Of a stretch of DNA of 64,000 nt, positions 49,883-62,785 are shown one piece after another. How positions within the stretch are numbered: position 1 is the first letter of the stretch; each line of letters opens with the position of its first letter. The notes under the pieces are model-generated. The model was given only the letters and a program-made list of their open reading frames with translations, had not been told where the DNA came from and made no database searches. The translations under genes were made by a program, and so were the position numbers. This DNA comes from Myxococcales bacterium (GTDB lineage: Bacteria; Myxococcota_A; Polyangia; Fen-1088), in the NCBI GenBank assembly GCA_031431215.1, contig JANPCZ010000037.1:6355-70354 (forward strand), read 5' to 3'.

Positions 49883-51735
49883 CTATGACGACCGCGACGG
49901 GCCGGAGCTGGTGATCTGGCGGGCGGTCAATAGCGCGGTGATGCGCGCGATGACCTCGGCCTCTGGCTCGGTGCCGGTGATGCGCAGATCGCTTGCCAGG
50001 GTGCTGGCGCCGGCTGGATCCACGTCGACCACGATGCTGGGGTAATCCGGGATGAGCGCCTGCACCTGGCCGTAGTCGGCCAGACCGATGGCGTTGGTGG
50101 TCGATACCACCAGGAGGCCGGTGTCGAGCAGGATGTGCGCGACTTCCGCGAACCGGCGCACCAGTTCGACCTGGGTGGCATCACGGAAGTGCAGATCGAA
50201 GTCGACCCCGAGCAGCACGTTGGTGCCATCGAGCATGTAGGCGTGCCGGCCCTGCATGAACAGCGCTTTCTCCAGCGCCCGAGCGTGGCGGTGCTTGCCG
50301 GTACCGGCCTTGCCCACGAACATGATCAGGGCCGCGCGGTGGCCGTAGCGCTCCGCGCGCAGGGTGGCGTCGACACCACCGCGCACCCAGTTGAAGTCAC
50401 GCAGGCGGGCCTCGGCGCGGAAGTCGTCCTGTTCGTCGGCCTCGGCGGCCACGATGATGCCGCCGCCGGCCACATCGAAACCGTCGACGATGACGAAGCG
50501 CCCGGTGGCATCGGAGTCGCCTATCAGATCGAACGCCACCGGCTGGCGGGTCTCCAGCACCAGATCGGCGACGTCGTGGCGGCCGACCTCCTGCTTGTGC
50601 AGTTGCGAGCCGGCCTCGGACGCGTCGACGATCTTGTGAATGGCATGGATGCGCACCGGTACCGCGACGGTATGCAGCTTGAGCTTGTAGTCGCGCCCGG
50701 GTACGAAGGGTTTCTTCGACAGCCAGATCAAGTTGGCTCGGAAGCGCGTCGACACCAACGGTGGCTGCGTGGCGTGACTCATCAGCTCGCCGCGGGTCAC
50801 GTAGATCTCTTCGGCGAGCGTGAACCCGGTCGACCAGCCAGCGTCGATTTCGGTGCGCGGCCTGGTGTTGAAACCTTCGATGGACTTGATGGTGGTCGAC
50901 TTGTTCGACGGCGAGAATACGATCCTGTCGCCCAGCTTGGCCCGGCCTGATTCGATGCGCCCGGCGATGATCCGGCGATCGTCACCTTGGCCCGTGAACT
51001 TGTACACCTGCTGCACCGGCATGCGCAGCGGCTGGTCGCCCTTCGGCGGCGCCTTGGCGAAGCCGTCCAGTGTGTCCAGCAGAGTCGGCCCGTCGTACCA
51101 GGGCATGCTGGTCGCGCGGACGGTCAGGTTCTCACCGTGGATCGCGCTGACCGGGATGAAGTGGCGCGGGCTGACGGCGCCGATGTCTTGCAAGAAACCG
51201 CGGTATTCGCGCTCGATCCCGGCAAATAGCTCGGCGCTGTGGCCGACCAGATCCATCTTGTTCACGCACACGATCACCTGCCGGATGCCCAGCATGGCCA
51301 GGATGTAGCCGTGGCGACGTGAGTTCTCGCGCACGCCCTCCTTGGCATCGATGATCAGCACGGCAGCTTCGGCGCGCGCGGCACCCGAGATCATGTTCTT
51401 CAGGAACTCGATGTGCCCAGGGGCATCGATGATGATGTAGTCGCGCGCAGCGGTCTTGAAGAAGCAGCGGGCGGTGTCGATGGTGATGCCCTGGTCCTGC
51501 TCGTCGGACAGCGCATCCAGCAGGAACGCGTATTCGAACGGCTTGCCGGTGCGCAGGCATTCTTTGCGGACCGCCTCAAGCTTGCCCTGTGGCAGCGCGC
51601 CCGTGTCGGCGAGCAACCGTCCGACCACCGTCGACTTGCCGTGATCGACATGCCCAACCACGACGATGTTCATCTGCTGGCGCGAGACTGCATTCGAGTC
51701 GTCCGCGCGAGTCGCAGCAGGCGCCGCTGTCGCCG

Positions 51736-51739
<4 letters not shown>
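49883..51739 (-). CDS. cysN: Sulfate adenylyltransferase large subunit CysN fused to an APS-kinase-like (CysC-like) domain
   Basis: GTPase G1 [16 protein letters not shown]. The C-terminal APS-kinase-like domain has a degenerate P-loop [13 protein letters not shown] in place of GLSGSGKST. Confidence 0.8.
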
Positions 51740-52647
<908 letters not shown>

Positions 52648-52726
52648 CTGACGCTAGCCCGTTCGGGAAAGCGGCGCAGTATGCCACCGGCGGGCGCAGC
52701 AGGCCACAGGCTGCTATCCTGCGCGC

Positions 52727-53089
52727 ATGGCGACTTTGCTGCATCTGGCGTTGCTCACGGGTACCGTGCTTGTGCTGGCCAAGGTGATGCCGGGCGTGCG
52801 CATCAAGAACACGGGCACGGCGCTGGTGACGGCTGCCGTGTTTAGTGTGTTGAGCTGGGCGCTGGGATGGGTGTTGCATCTGGTGCTGGGCGCCGTGCTG
52901 TTCTTGCCCGCCATCCTGACCTTGGGGCTGGCCTTCGTGTTGCTGCCCTTCCTGGTCAACACAGTCATCCTGTGGTTGACCGACAAGGTGCTGCACGCCT
53001 TCGAGATCGAGGACCTGAAGGCGCTGCTGCTGTCGTCAGGTGCGATCACGCTGATGAATGCGGTCTTCCACCTGATCCTGCGCCGCTGA
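52727..53089 (+). CDS. DUF360 / phage-holin-IV-family small membrane protein
   Basis: 120 aa, four TM helices, typical length and topology. Confidence 0.55.
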   Translation: MATLLHLALLTGTVLVLAKVMPGVRIKNTGTALVTAAVFSVLSWALGWVLHLVLGAVLFLPAILTLGLAFVLLPFLVNTVILWLTDKVLHAFEIEDLKALLLSSGAITLMNAVFHLILRR

Positions 53090-53255
53090 ATCACCGGTGT
53101 CGAACCGAACAGGTTCACATGCGCCATCAGGAAGTAGAGCTGGTAAAGCGGCGCGCGCGCCTCGGCCCCGGGTCACAGCGGGAACACCTCAGTGTAGGCC
53201 GCGAACACGCGCCGACGGGCGCGCGCCGGCGCAAGATCCGCCCCGGCCGGCACGG

Positions 53256-53746
53256 TCACAGCGCGTGCGTCCGTCGCAGGTGCGCGAGCAAGCCCTGGCA
53301 CGCCGCCGCGCAGATGTCGAAGACACGCTCGAACCCGTCGGCACCGCCGTAGTACGGATCGGGCACATCGGCATCGGCGGCCGACTGGGCATCGAACGCC
53401 CGCAACAGCTGGATCTTCGCGCGCGCCAGCTCATCAGGCGCCAGGAGCAGCAGATCGGCGCGGTTGGCGCGATCCATCGCCAGCACGTGGTCGAAGCGTG
53501 CGAAGTCCGCGCGTTGAAATTGCCGGGCGACGCCGACAAGCGGCGCGCCGCGCCGCAGCCCGACTGCCGAGCTGCGCGGATCGCGCGGCTCGCCCACGTG
53601 CCAGTCGCCGGTGCCGGCGCTGTCGATACCCACCGCATGTGCGAGGCGCTCGCCGCGCACCAGAGCACGCATCACCGCCTCGGCCGTGGGCGAGCGGCAG
53701 ATGTTGCCCGCGCACACGAAGCTGATCCGGACGATCGGCCCGTCGG

Positions 53747-53750
<4 letters not shown>
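53256..53750 (-). CDS. Low-molecular-weight protein-tyrosine phosphatase
   Basis: VCAGNICRSPTAEAV (C-x5-R P-loop) and DPYY motif. Confidence 0.8.
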
Positions 53751-55156
<1,406 letters not shown>

Positions 55157-55158
55157 GA

Positions 55159-55632
55159 TTATCGGCCCGCGCGGCGCCGGATCTCGTGGAAGGCGGCGTT
55201 GAGGCGCTGGCTCTCGCTCAGCGCCAGCTGCTTGATCTTGGCGCCCGCGGTCGCGAAGCGATCCGGGTGGTACTCGGCCAGCCGCTCGCGCCAGGCTGCA
55301 CGAACATCATCGAAGGTCGCGCCCGGTGACACCCCGATGGTGGTGAAGGGATCGCAGTCGTCGTCGTCCCACTGCGGTGCGCCCGGGCGACCGACCCAGG
55401 GCGAAAGTCCCGCCCGCAGCAAGCCGATCAGGGTGAGGGCGGGAAAGACTTCCGAGGCGTCGAGTCGGCCGACCAGGCGTCCGCGCGAGAACACCAGGGC
55501 TTCGCCTAAAACCGGTGGCGGCACCATCGCCGCGCCCCCCGGCAGCGGTCGTAGCGCATCGGGCGGCGCAACTGCGCACACCACGGCATAGGGTACTTGG
55601 GCCGCTGCGTCCGCCAGCGCGGGCGGAAACAT
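55159..55632 (-). CDS. Small protein with a C-terminal J (DnaJ) domain
   Basis: C-terminal region contains HPD (EYHPDRF) and a J-domain helix pattern. Start chosen downstream of the same-strand SCP2 gene (alternative 55527). The long ORF-track frame to 56280 overlaps SCP2 and is rejected upstream of ~55632. Confidence 0.4.
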   Translation of the reverse strand: MFPPALADAAAQVPYAVVCAVAPPDALRPLPGGAAMVPPPVLGEALVFSRGRLVGRLDASEVFPALTLIGLLRAGLSPWVGRPGAPQWDDDDCDPFTTIGVSPGATFDDVRAAWRERLAEYHPDRFATAGAKIKQLALSESQRLNAAFHEIRRRAGR

Positions 55633-55784
55633 CGACGGCAACGACAGCGCACGTATCTTCACCACCGCCGCAGGCGCTGAGTTTATGAGCTCGCGAAGCT
55701 GCGCCGCCGTCGTGCAGCAGGTGATGGTATCCGCCACAGCCGCTGTGTTAGCCCAAAGCCCCGCGGCAGCGCAAGGCTGAACCC

Positions 55785-56135
55785 CTACCCGCCCGAGTTG
55801 CCGAGGGCTAGCACCTTGGTCAGCTTGGTGGCCAGGTTGGGGTCGCCGGTGATCTTGAGCTTGCCGCTGAAGAACAGCTGCATCGCCGCCGCCATGCCCC
55901 CGTCGATCATGCTGCGGAAGTCGTCGTCGGTGGCCTCGATGGTGCAATTGGCCGTGCCAGTGAGGCCGGTGGTGCAGGTCGGCGGGACTGCGCGCAGGTC
56001 CGCGGTCCACTGCCCGCCGTCCGGGCCCGAGACCGTGAAGTGGTAGACCGCCACCACGTCCTTGACCTTGTCCGGGCTCTTCGCCAGGGCCGCGGGTACT
56101 TTTTGGTCGAAGAACGTCTTCACGGACGTGGGCAT
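55785..56135 (-). CDS. SCP-2 sterol-transfer family protein
   Basis: 116 aa. VYHFTVSGPDGGQW...DDDFRSMIDGGMAAAMQLFFSGKLKITGD pattern is typical of SCP2. Confidence 0.7.
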   Translation of the reverse strand: MPTSVKTFFDQKVPAALAKSPDKVKDVVAVYHFTVSGPDGGQWTADLRAVPPTCTTGLTGTANCTIEATDDDFRSMIDGGMAAAMQLFFSGKLKITGDPNLATKLTKVLALGNSGG

Positions 56136-57613
56136 CAGCGGCTCCTTTTTGGTTCAGTCTGGGCGGGCTTGGGGCTGGCATATCTGCGGGCGAGCTTGTC
56201 GGCGTAGCCGGGCACGATGGTCTGCACCACGCGCGACAGCGCCAGATGCCCGTCGGGTACGTCGTTGACGATGGTGGCACCCGCCGCCACCACCGCGCGG
56301 CGGCCGATGCGCACCGGCGCCACCAGTTGCGAGTCCGAGCCGATGAACGCGCCGTCGGCGATCACGGTGATGCGCTTCTCGTAACCGTTGTAGTTGCACG
56401 TGATGGTGCCGGCGCCGATGTTCACCTTCTCGCCGACCTCGGCGTCGCCCAGGTAGGTCAGGTGGTTGGCCTTGCTGCCGCGGCCGAGGCGCGCCTTCTT
56501 GGTCTCGACGAAGTTGCCCACGTGCACGTCGGCCGCCAGTACGGTGCCCGGGCGCAGGTGCGCGAACGGGCCTATCTTGCAGCCATCGCCAATCACGGCC
56601 GCGCTTGCCACCGTGTACGGCTTGACCTCGACGCCGGCGCCGACCACGGTGTCGGTGAGGATGACCCCGTCGTCGATGCGGGTTCCGGCGCCGATGCTGG
56701 TGCGGCCGCGTAGCGATACGTGGCGACCGATCTCGACGTCGCGGCCGATGGTCACGTCGGGCTCGATCACGGTCGACGCGGGATCGCGGAAGGTCGCGTG
56801 CGCCGCGAAGCGTTCGATCAACCGCTTGCGCAACACCGCCTCGGCCGCGACCAGTTGCCGGCGATCGTTGATGCCGGCCACCGATGTGGGATCGGCTGCC
56901 ACCGTCTGCACGCCGATGCTGCGCGCCGCGACCGGCACGATGTCGGTTAGGTAGTACTCGCCCTGTGCGTTGTCGGCGCGCAGGCGCCTGACTGCCGCGC
57001 GCAGGAAGTCGGCCGGCGCCGCGTAAATGCCGGCATTGACCTCGGCGATGGCGCGTTGCTCGACGGTGGCGTCCTTGTGCTCGACGATTGCGACCACGCG
57101 GCCGCGCGGGTCGCGCACCATGCGGCCGTAGCCGGTGGCATCGGCGGGGCGCGTGGTCAGCACAGCCAGCGCTCCGGTCTTTCGGCTGCGGTCGCACAGC
57201 GCGCGCAAGATGGCCCTGGTCAACAACGGCACGTCGCCATAGAGAATCAGCACCGTGCCGTGAAAGCCGCGCAGCGCAGCGAGGCCCAGCTTGACCGCGT
57301 GTCCGGTCCCCAACTGTTCGGCCTGCTCGACCACGGCTATGGCGCCCGCGCCGTAGCGCTGCACGAGTGCGTGCTCGACCGCCGCGCGATCGTGGCCGAG
57401 CACGGCGACAACCGGCGCGGCGCCCAGCTCGTGTGCGCGATCCACGGCGTACGCGACCAGCGGCGCCCCCAGCAGCGGGTGCAGCACCTTGACCCGATTT
57501 GAGTTCATGCGTGTGCCCTTGCCCGCCGCCAGCACCAGGCACGCCAGCTTGCTGGCCGCGGCTTTCGCGCGGGGTTTGTCGCTGCGGTTCACCGCACTTT
57601 TCGTCGTCGCCAT
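56135..57613 (-). CDS. glmU: Bifunctional UDP-GlcNAc pyrophosphorylase / GlcN-1-P acetyltransferase GlmU
   Basis: LVLAAGKGTRMNS pyrophosphorylase motif and C-terminal left-handed beta-helix hexapeptide repeats. Confidence 0.85.
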   Translation of the reverse strand: MATTKSAVNRSDKPRAKAAASKLACLVLAAGKGTRMNSNRVKVLHPLLGAPLVAYAVDRAHELGAAPVVAVLGHDRAAVEHALVQRYGAGAIAVVEQAEQLGTGHAVKLGLAALRGFHGTVLILYGDVPLLTRAILRALCDRSRKTGALAVLTTRPADATGYGRMVRDPRGRVVAIVEHKDATVEQRAIAEVNAGIYAAPADFLRAAVRRLRADNAQGEYYLTDIVPVAARSIGVQTVAADPTSVAGINDRRQLVAAEAVLRKRLIERFAAHATFRDPASTVIEPDVTIGRDVEIGRHVSLRGRTSIGAGTRIDDGVILTDTVVGAGVEVKPYTVASAAVIGDGCKIGPFAHLRPGTVLAADVHVGNFVETKKARLGRGSKANHLTYLGDAEVGEKVNIGAGTITCNYNGYEKRITVIADGAFIGSDSQLVAPVRIGRRAVVAAGATIVNDVPDGHLALSRVVQTIVPGYADKLARRYASPKPAQTEPKRSR

Positions 57614-57672
57614 TGGGCGCGCGCATCATAACCGCGTCGAGGCGCGACTTACGGTATAAATTCGCTCCGTCC

Positions 57673-59652
57673 ATGGCGCCGTACGTGCTGGTCGTCCAGA
57701 GCGATCCCGAACTGGGCCGCCAGATCGGCGACACCTTGCGCGAGGCCCGGTACGAGATGTCGAGCGAGGCCGAGGGCGCCTGGGCCAAGCGCAGCTTGCT
57801 GGTGCGGCCGCCCGACGCCGTCGTGCTCGACACCAGCCTGGCCGACGGTTCGGGTTTTTCGGTCGCCGAGGCGCTGCGCAAGGATCCCGATACACGCAAC
57901 GTGCCCATCTTCTTCATCGCCAGTCGTTTTCGCGGGCAGGGTCACGCAAGCGAAGCGCGGCGCCGCTACGGTCCCGCCGAGTACCTGCCGGCGCCGCTGT
58001 CGCTCGACACATTGCTGGCGACCCTGCTGTCACGCTTGCCGCCCAAGGGCGCAGAGGCGTCACCGCTGGTGGTGCGCGACTATCCCAGCGGCCCGTCCTT
58101 CAGCGACACCGCGCAGAGCGACACCGCGCAGAAGGAGGAGAAGCGTCAAGTCGAGCGCGCGGCCAAAGAGCTTGCCAGCGCCGATCCCGAGTTGCATGGA
58201 TCGTTCGCGCGCCAGTCGTTCGCGCGCGTGCTCAAGCGGATCTACGCGCGCCGCGTGTCGGGCGCGCTTCTGGCGCAGCGCGATCCGATCAAGAAAATCG
58301 TCTTCTTCCAGGACGGCTACCCGGTGTCGGTGCGGTCGAACGTGCTGGGCGAGTGCTTGGGGCAGATCTTGCTGTCGCAGAAGCTGATCTCAAAAAAGGC
58401 GCTGGATGAGTCGCTGCGGCGGATGAAGGAAGACAAGAGACAGCAGGGCTCGCTGTTGATCGAGATGGGCGCGCTGTCGCCCTACAACCTGCAGCGGGCG
58501 CTCATCGCGCAGATGGAAGCGAAGATCTGCGATCTGTTCTCCTGGAAGGCCGGCAGCTTCGGGTTCGTCGAGGGGCGGCAGCCGCGGGGCGAGCCGGTGC
58601 GCCTGGAGAAGACCCCGGCCGCGCTGATCCTGGAAGGCATCCGTCGTTACTACAACGAAGAGCGCCAGAACGCGGTGTTGGCACCGTTCGCGGGCCAGTA
58701 CGTGGCGCCTGATCTGGATCCGCTGCGCCGCCTGCAGGACCTGAGCGGAGATCCGGCCGAGCGGCGCTTCATCGCTTCGGTTGATGGCAGCCGGCGTCTG
58801 GAGGCGGTGCTGGAGACGGCGCCGATCCGGATCAAGCGGGCGCGTCTGCTGCTGGTGGCCATGTCGGAGGCCGGCATGATCGAGCCCGCCCGTACGGCGG
58901 TCAGGCAAAAGCCCGATCTGTCGGCCGAGATGCTATCGCCGGAAAATCTGGGACAGGATCGCAACCCCGAGCAGATGACGCCCGACGAGCTGGGTGCGGT
59001 GCTCGAGACGCTGCGGGCGCAGACCCATTTCGATGTGCTGGGTGTGGCCGCCGACAGCGAGATCGTGGCGGTCGAGCGCGCGTACGATCGGCTGGCGCGG
59101 AATTTCCACCCCGACAAATTTCGCTTCCGCGCCGACGACGTGCGCCTGATCGCGCAGCGGATCTTCGAGCACCTGGGCGAGGCGCACGCGGTCCTGCACG
59201 ACAAGGGCAGCCGCCGGCGTTACCTGGCGCGCCTGCAGCAGGAAGACCGCGAGCCGCTGTCGGGCGCGGTCGTGCCGGGCGGCGCAGCCGAGAAGGTGTA
59301 CTTCATGGGTGTCGAGCATCTGCGCGCGCGCCGCTACCACGACGCTGTGTCGGCGTTTCGCCAGGCGGTGCAGTTGGCGCCCGACAACGCAGGCTACCTG
59401 GGCGCGCTGGGTTGGGCGATTTATCGTGAAGCGCCCGCCGATGCCGCTGCCGCCGAAGCCGGACTGCTGGAACTGCAAAGGGCGGTGTCGCTCAATGGCA
59501 AAGACCCGTGGGTGCGGGTGTCGCTCGGCCGGTTCTTCGCCGAGACCAAGCGCCCCGACGCGGCCATCGCCGAGTTCGAGGTGGCGCTGAAATTAAGCCC
59601 AGGATTTACCGACATCGAAGAGGAAATACGGAGGTTGAGAAGCGAGACATGA
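57673..59652 (+). CDS. Multi-domain protein: receiver-like domain + DUF4388-like region + J domain + TPR repeats
   Basis: ATG 57673 (MAPYVLVVQSDPELG, CheY-like beta1). DVLGV...YDRLARNFHPDKF J domain with HPD. C-terminal TPR. The ORF-track start 57499 is probably untranslated. Confidence 0.5.
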   Translation: MAPYVLVVQSDPELGRQIGDTLREARYEMSSEAEGAWAKRSLLVRPPDAVVLDTSLADGSGFSVAEALRKDPDTRNVPIFFIASRFRGQGHASEARRRYGPAEYLPAPLSLDTLLATLLSRLPPKGAEASPLVVRDYPSGPSFSDTAQSDTAQKEEKRQVERAAKELASADPELHGSFARQSFARVLKRIYARRVSGALLAQRDPIKKIVFFQDGYPVSVRSNVLGECLGQILLSQKLISKKALDESLRRMKEDKRQQGSLLIEMGALSPYNLQRALIAQMEAKICDLFSWKAGSFGFVEGRQPRGEPVRLEKTPAALILEGIRRYYNEERQNAVLAPFAGQYVAPDLDPLRRLQDLSGDPAERRFIASVDGSRRLEAVLETAPIRIKRARLLLVAMSEAGMIEPARTAVRQKPDLSAEMLSPENLGQDRNPEQMTPDELGAVLETLRAQTHFDVLGVAADSEIVAVERAYDRLARNFHPDKFRFRADDVRLIAQRIFEHLGEAHAVLHDKGSRRRYLARLQQEDREPLSGAVVPGGAAEKVYFMGVEHLRARRYHDAVSAFRQAVQLAPDNAGYLGALGWAIYREAPADAAAAEAGLLELQRAVSLNGKDPWVRVSLGRFFAETKRPDAAIAEFEVALKLSPGFTDIEEEIRRLRSET

Positions 59653-60566
59653 TCAAAGCTGACTATGTGTGGATGAACGGCAAGATCGTCCCCTATGCGG
59701 ACGCCCAGACGCACGTCGCGGCGTTCACGCTGCACTACGGGGTGGCCGTCTTTGAGGGCATCCGCTGCTACCAGCGCGTCGATGGCAAGAGTGCCGTCTT
59801 CCGTCTTCGTGAGCACATCGAGCGGCTGTTCGAGTCGGCCAAGATCGCCAGCTTCGAGATCCCGTACACACGCACAGCTCTTGAGGCCGCGTGCGTCGAG
59901 ACTTTGCGCGCCAACAAGCAGGCCGAGGCGTACCTGCGCCCGCTGGCGTACATCGGGCCGGGCGCGCTTGGCCTGGGTACCACGTCGAATCCCACCGAGG
60001 TTTGCGTGATCACGTTTCCGTGGAGTCCGCTGCTGGGCGAGGAAGGCGTCAAGCGTGGCGTGCGCGCGCACGTATCGTCGTTCATCCGCGGCCACGGCAA
60101 TTCGACCATGAGCAAGGGCAAGATCTCGGGCCAATACGTCAACTCGATTCTGGCCAAGCGCGAATCACAGAAGCTCGGCTACGAAGAAGCCATCATGCTG
60201 GACGCGAACGGCTACGTTTGCGAGGGCACCGGCGAGAACATCTTCGTGGTGTACGCGGGCCGCGTCTACACGCCGCCGCTGCACCTGCCTGTGCTGGCCG
60301 GAATCACCCGCGACGCCATCATGGTGCTGGCCAAGGAGGCCGGCATCGAGATCATCGAGCAGACGTTCACGCGCGACATGCTGTACACCGCCAGTGAAGT
60401 GTTCTTCACCGGCACCGGCGTCGAGATGGTCCCGGTGCGCGAGATAGACGGCCGCACGATTGGCTCCGGCGAGCCTGGCCCGGTGACCCGCAAGTTGCAG
60501 ACCGCCTTCTACAAGGCGATACGCGGCCCCGGCGAGTCGCACCCCGAGTGGCTGGCCTGGCTGTAA
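59649..60566 (+). CDS. ilvE: Branched-chain amino acid aminotransferase (class IV PLP enzyme)
   Basis: MIKADYVWMNGKIVPYADAQTHV...FEGIRCY N-terminus and the EVFFTGT motif near the C-terminus. Confidence 0.8.
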   Translation: MIKADYVWMNGKIVPYADAQTHVAAFTLHYGVAVFEGIRCYQRVDGKSAVFRLREHIERLFESAKIASFEIPYTRTALEAACVETLRANKQAEAYLRPLAYIGPGALGLGTTSNPTEVCVITFPWSPLLGEEGVKRGVRAHVSSFIRGHGNSTMSKGKISGQYVNSILAKRESQKLGYEEAIMLDANGYVCEGTGENIFVVYAGRVYTPPLHLPVLAGITRDAIMVLAKEAGIEIIEQTFTRDMLYTASEVFFTGTGVEMVPVREIDGRTIGSGEPGPVTRKLQTAFYKAIRGPGESHPEWLAWL

Positions 60567-60587
60567 GGCACGCCGCCGCTGCCGCCG

Positions 60588-60827
60588 CTACAGCTTGATG
60601 TCGCCGCCGTCGTCCTGCTCGGCGAGCTTGCGGCGCAGCGCTGCGGCGGCGGCATCGTCGGCGGGCGCCGGCGCGGGTGCGAACGTGAGGGTCACCCAGG
60701 TACCCTCGCGCGAGTGCTTCGGTAGCAGCTGCGTCGGGATGGTGAAAGCCTGCTCGCCAAGCAGCAGCCGGGCGGTGGTACCGGCTACCTCGTCGATGAA
60801 CAGAAGAGTGTCCTTGGGCCGGGTCAT
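60588..60827 (-). CDS. DUF3006-family small protein
   Basis: 79-aa tail of the long spurious 60588..62705 frame. ATGA overlap with the upstream MBL gene. DUF3006 typically partners ComEC-like MBL proteins. Confidence 0.45.
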   Translation of the reverse strand: MTRPKDTLLFIDEVAGTTARLLLGEQAFTIPTQLLPKHSREGTWVTLTFAPAPAPADDAAAAALRRKLAEQDDGGDIKL

Positions 60828-61720
60828 GGTTTGCGTGCGGTGTGGATCTCGATCCGCTGGCCGTCGCTCTGCACCGTGACCGAGCCGTCCACGTCGGTAC
60901 GATAGACGTGAACGTGCAGCCGTGCCAGACGGGCCAAGGTCGCGGGTGCCGGGTGCCCGTACTCGTTGCCGGCGCCCGCGCTCACCACCGCCACCTCGGG
61001 CGCCACTGCATCGAGAAAGCGAGCACTCGACGAATAGCGGCCACCGTGGTGAGCGACCTTCAGCACCCGGGCGCGTAGATCCGCGCCGCTGCTCAGGAGC
61101 CATTTCTCGGTCGCGGCCTCCGCGTCCCCGGTGAACAGCACCGCCGTCGCGCCGAACGTCACCCGTATCACAACGCTGTTGGCGTTGACGTCCGAGCGCG
61201 AGCCGGTGATCGTCGGCTCGGGCGGCGACAGCAGGAGCAGCGTCGCGCCGCCGCCGAGATCGACCTTGCGGCCGCGTGTCGCCTCGCGCACAGGGATGTG
61301 CCTGGCGGCGAGCGCTTGCAGGAGGGCGGTGTACGCGGGGCTCGGGTGCGGGAACGCTGCGTCCATGAACTGCAGCGCACCCTGCTGTGCGATCACGGTC
61401 GCCAGGCCGCCGAGGTGATCGGCGTGCCGGTGGGTCAAGATCACGAGGTCGAGCGGTTTGCTGGTCCGCGCGCGCACCGCGGCCGCCAGACTGACGGCCG
61501 CCTCGCGCGGGCCGCCATCGATGAGCACGGTCTTGCCCGAAGGTGACGTCACCAGGGCCGCGTCGCCCTGGCCGACGTCGAGAAAGTCCAGCCGCAGCGA
61601 GCCTGCCGCACGCGCGGTCGCCGACGTCGCCGCCAGCGCGGCCAGCATGACGGCCAGGCTCGCCATCGCCGCAAGGGCGACCCGTCGGGCCGGCTCGGCA
61701 GGCCACCTGGGCGCTTCCAT
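60824..61720 (-). CDS. Secreted MBL-fold metallo-hydrolase (ComEC/Rec2 C-terminal-domain-like)
   Basis: Signal peptide. LDFLDVGQGDAALV and ILTHRHADHLGGL motifs. Confidence 0.7.
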   Translation of the reverse strand: MEAPRWPAEPARRVALAAMASLAVMLAALAATSATARAAGSLRLDFLDVGQGDAALVTSPSGKTVLIDGGPREAAVSLAAAVRARTSKPLDLVILTHRHADHLGGLATVIAQQGALQFMDAAFPHPSPAYTALLQALAARHIPVREATRGRKVDLGGGATLLLLSPPEPTITGSRSDVNANSVVIRVTFGATAVLFTGDAEAATEKWLLSSGADLRARVLKVAHHGGRYSSSARFLDAVAPEVAVVSAGAGNEYGHPAPATLARLARLHVHVYRTDVDGSVTVQSDGQRIEIHTARKP

Positions 61721-61883
61721 CGATAGAAGCTAAGGCGGGGGCGAAGCCACCCGCAAGAAACCCGACCGTGATGGCCGTGGCGAACCTTGCGGCCGCGTTT
61801 CCAACAGCGCTGCGAGTCACAGTCATGGCTCGGTATCGGTTGAAGGGCGCTCGCGGGTGCGTCGCTTGAGCTAGACTTTCGCC

Positions 61884-62738
61884 GTGGTGGCGGACGGCAG
61901 GCTTGAGCGGCTGCTCGATCGGGCGGTGGCCCGGGACGGCGGTGGCCAGGCGGTGTTTCTCACCGGCGCAGGGATCTCCGCCGAGAGCGGCATCCCGACC
62001 TTCCGGGGCGAGGAAGGCTACTGGCAGGTGGGGTCGCGCAACTTCCATCCCATGGAAATGGCGACCTGGATGGCTTTCCAGCGCATGCCGGAGGACATCT
62101 GGGGCTGGTATCTGTTCAGGCGCGCGGCATGTCGAAGCGCGCGCCCGAACGCCGCGCACGAGGCCATCGCGGCGCTGGAACCGCAGCTTGCTGACCGTTT
62201 CCTGCTGGTCACGCAGAATGTGGACGGGCTGCACCTGCGCGCCGGCAACAGCGCCGCGCGCACGTACCAGATTCACGGCAACCTCGATTTCGCCCGCTGT
62301 GCAGCGGGCTGCACAGGCGAGATCTTCGCGCTGCCCGAGGATCTGGGTTTGACCTGGGCACGCGGCCGGCGCCCCGACGAGCACGAAAAGAAACAGGTTT
62401 CCTGCGTGCGCTGCGGCGGCTGGTTGCGCCCGCACGTGCTGTGGTTCGACGAGGCCTACGACGAGGAGCGGTTTCGCTTCGAGAGTTCCATGCGCGCGGC
62501 CGGCACCGCGGCCCTGCTGGTGGTCGTCGGCACCAGCGGCGCCACGACCTTGCCGTCGCGGATGTGCGAGACCGCGGTCCGGCAGGGTGTGCCGTTGCTG
62601 GTCATCGATCCCGGGCCCACCTCGTTCGGCGAACTTGCCGCCCGCAGCGCAGGCGTGTCGGTGCTGGGCACGGCGTGCGCCGAGGTGCCGGCGCTGTGCC
62701 AGCAAATCGCGGCGCGGTTTTCCGCCCGGATGGCGTGA
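61884..62738 (+). CDS. NAD-dependent protein deacylase, Sir2 family
   Basis: GAGISAESGIPTFRG, QNVDGLH and the Zn-ribbon Cys pairs CxxC...CxxC. Confidence 0.8.
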   Translation: MVADGRLERLLDRAVARDGGGQAVFLTGAGISAESGIPTFRGEEGYWQVGSRNFHPMEMATWMAFQRMPEDIWGWYLFRRAACRSARPNAAHEAIAALEPQLADRFLLVTQNVDGLHLRAGNSAARTYQIHGNLDFARCAAGCTGEIFALPEDLGLTWARGRRPDEHEKKQVSCVRCGGWLRPHVLWFDEAYDEERFRFESSMRAAGTAALLVVVGTSGATTLPSRMCETAVRQGVPLLVIDPGPTSFGELAARSAGVSVLGTACAEVPALCQQIAARFSARMA

Positions 62739-62785
62739 TCGCCCGGCCGGTGCTTTCGGCGTTGGCGGATGGCGGGCGAGTCGCT

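Noticed and set aside
60588-62705. 705-aa minus-strand ORF
   Set aside because: Only its last 79 codons (60588..60827, DUF3006-like) look genuine. The remainder is antisense to the Sir2 gene and out of frame with the MBL hydrolase, with Arg/Gly/Ala-rich junk translation.
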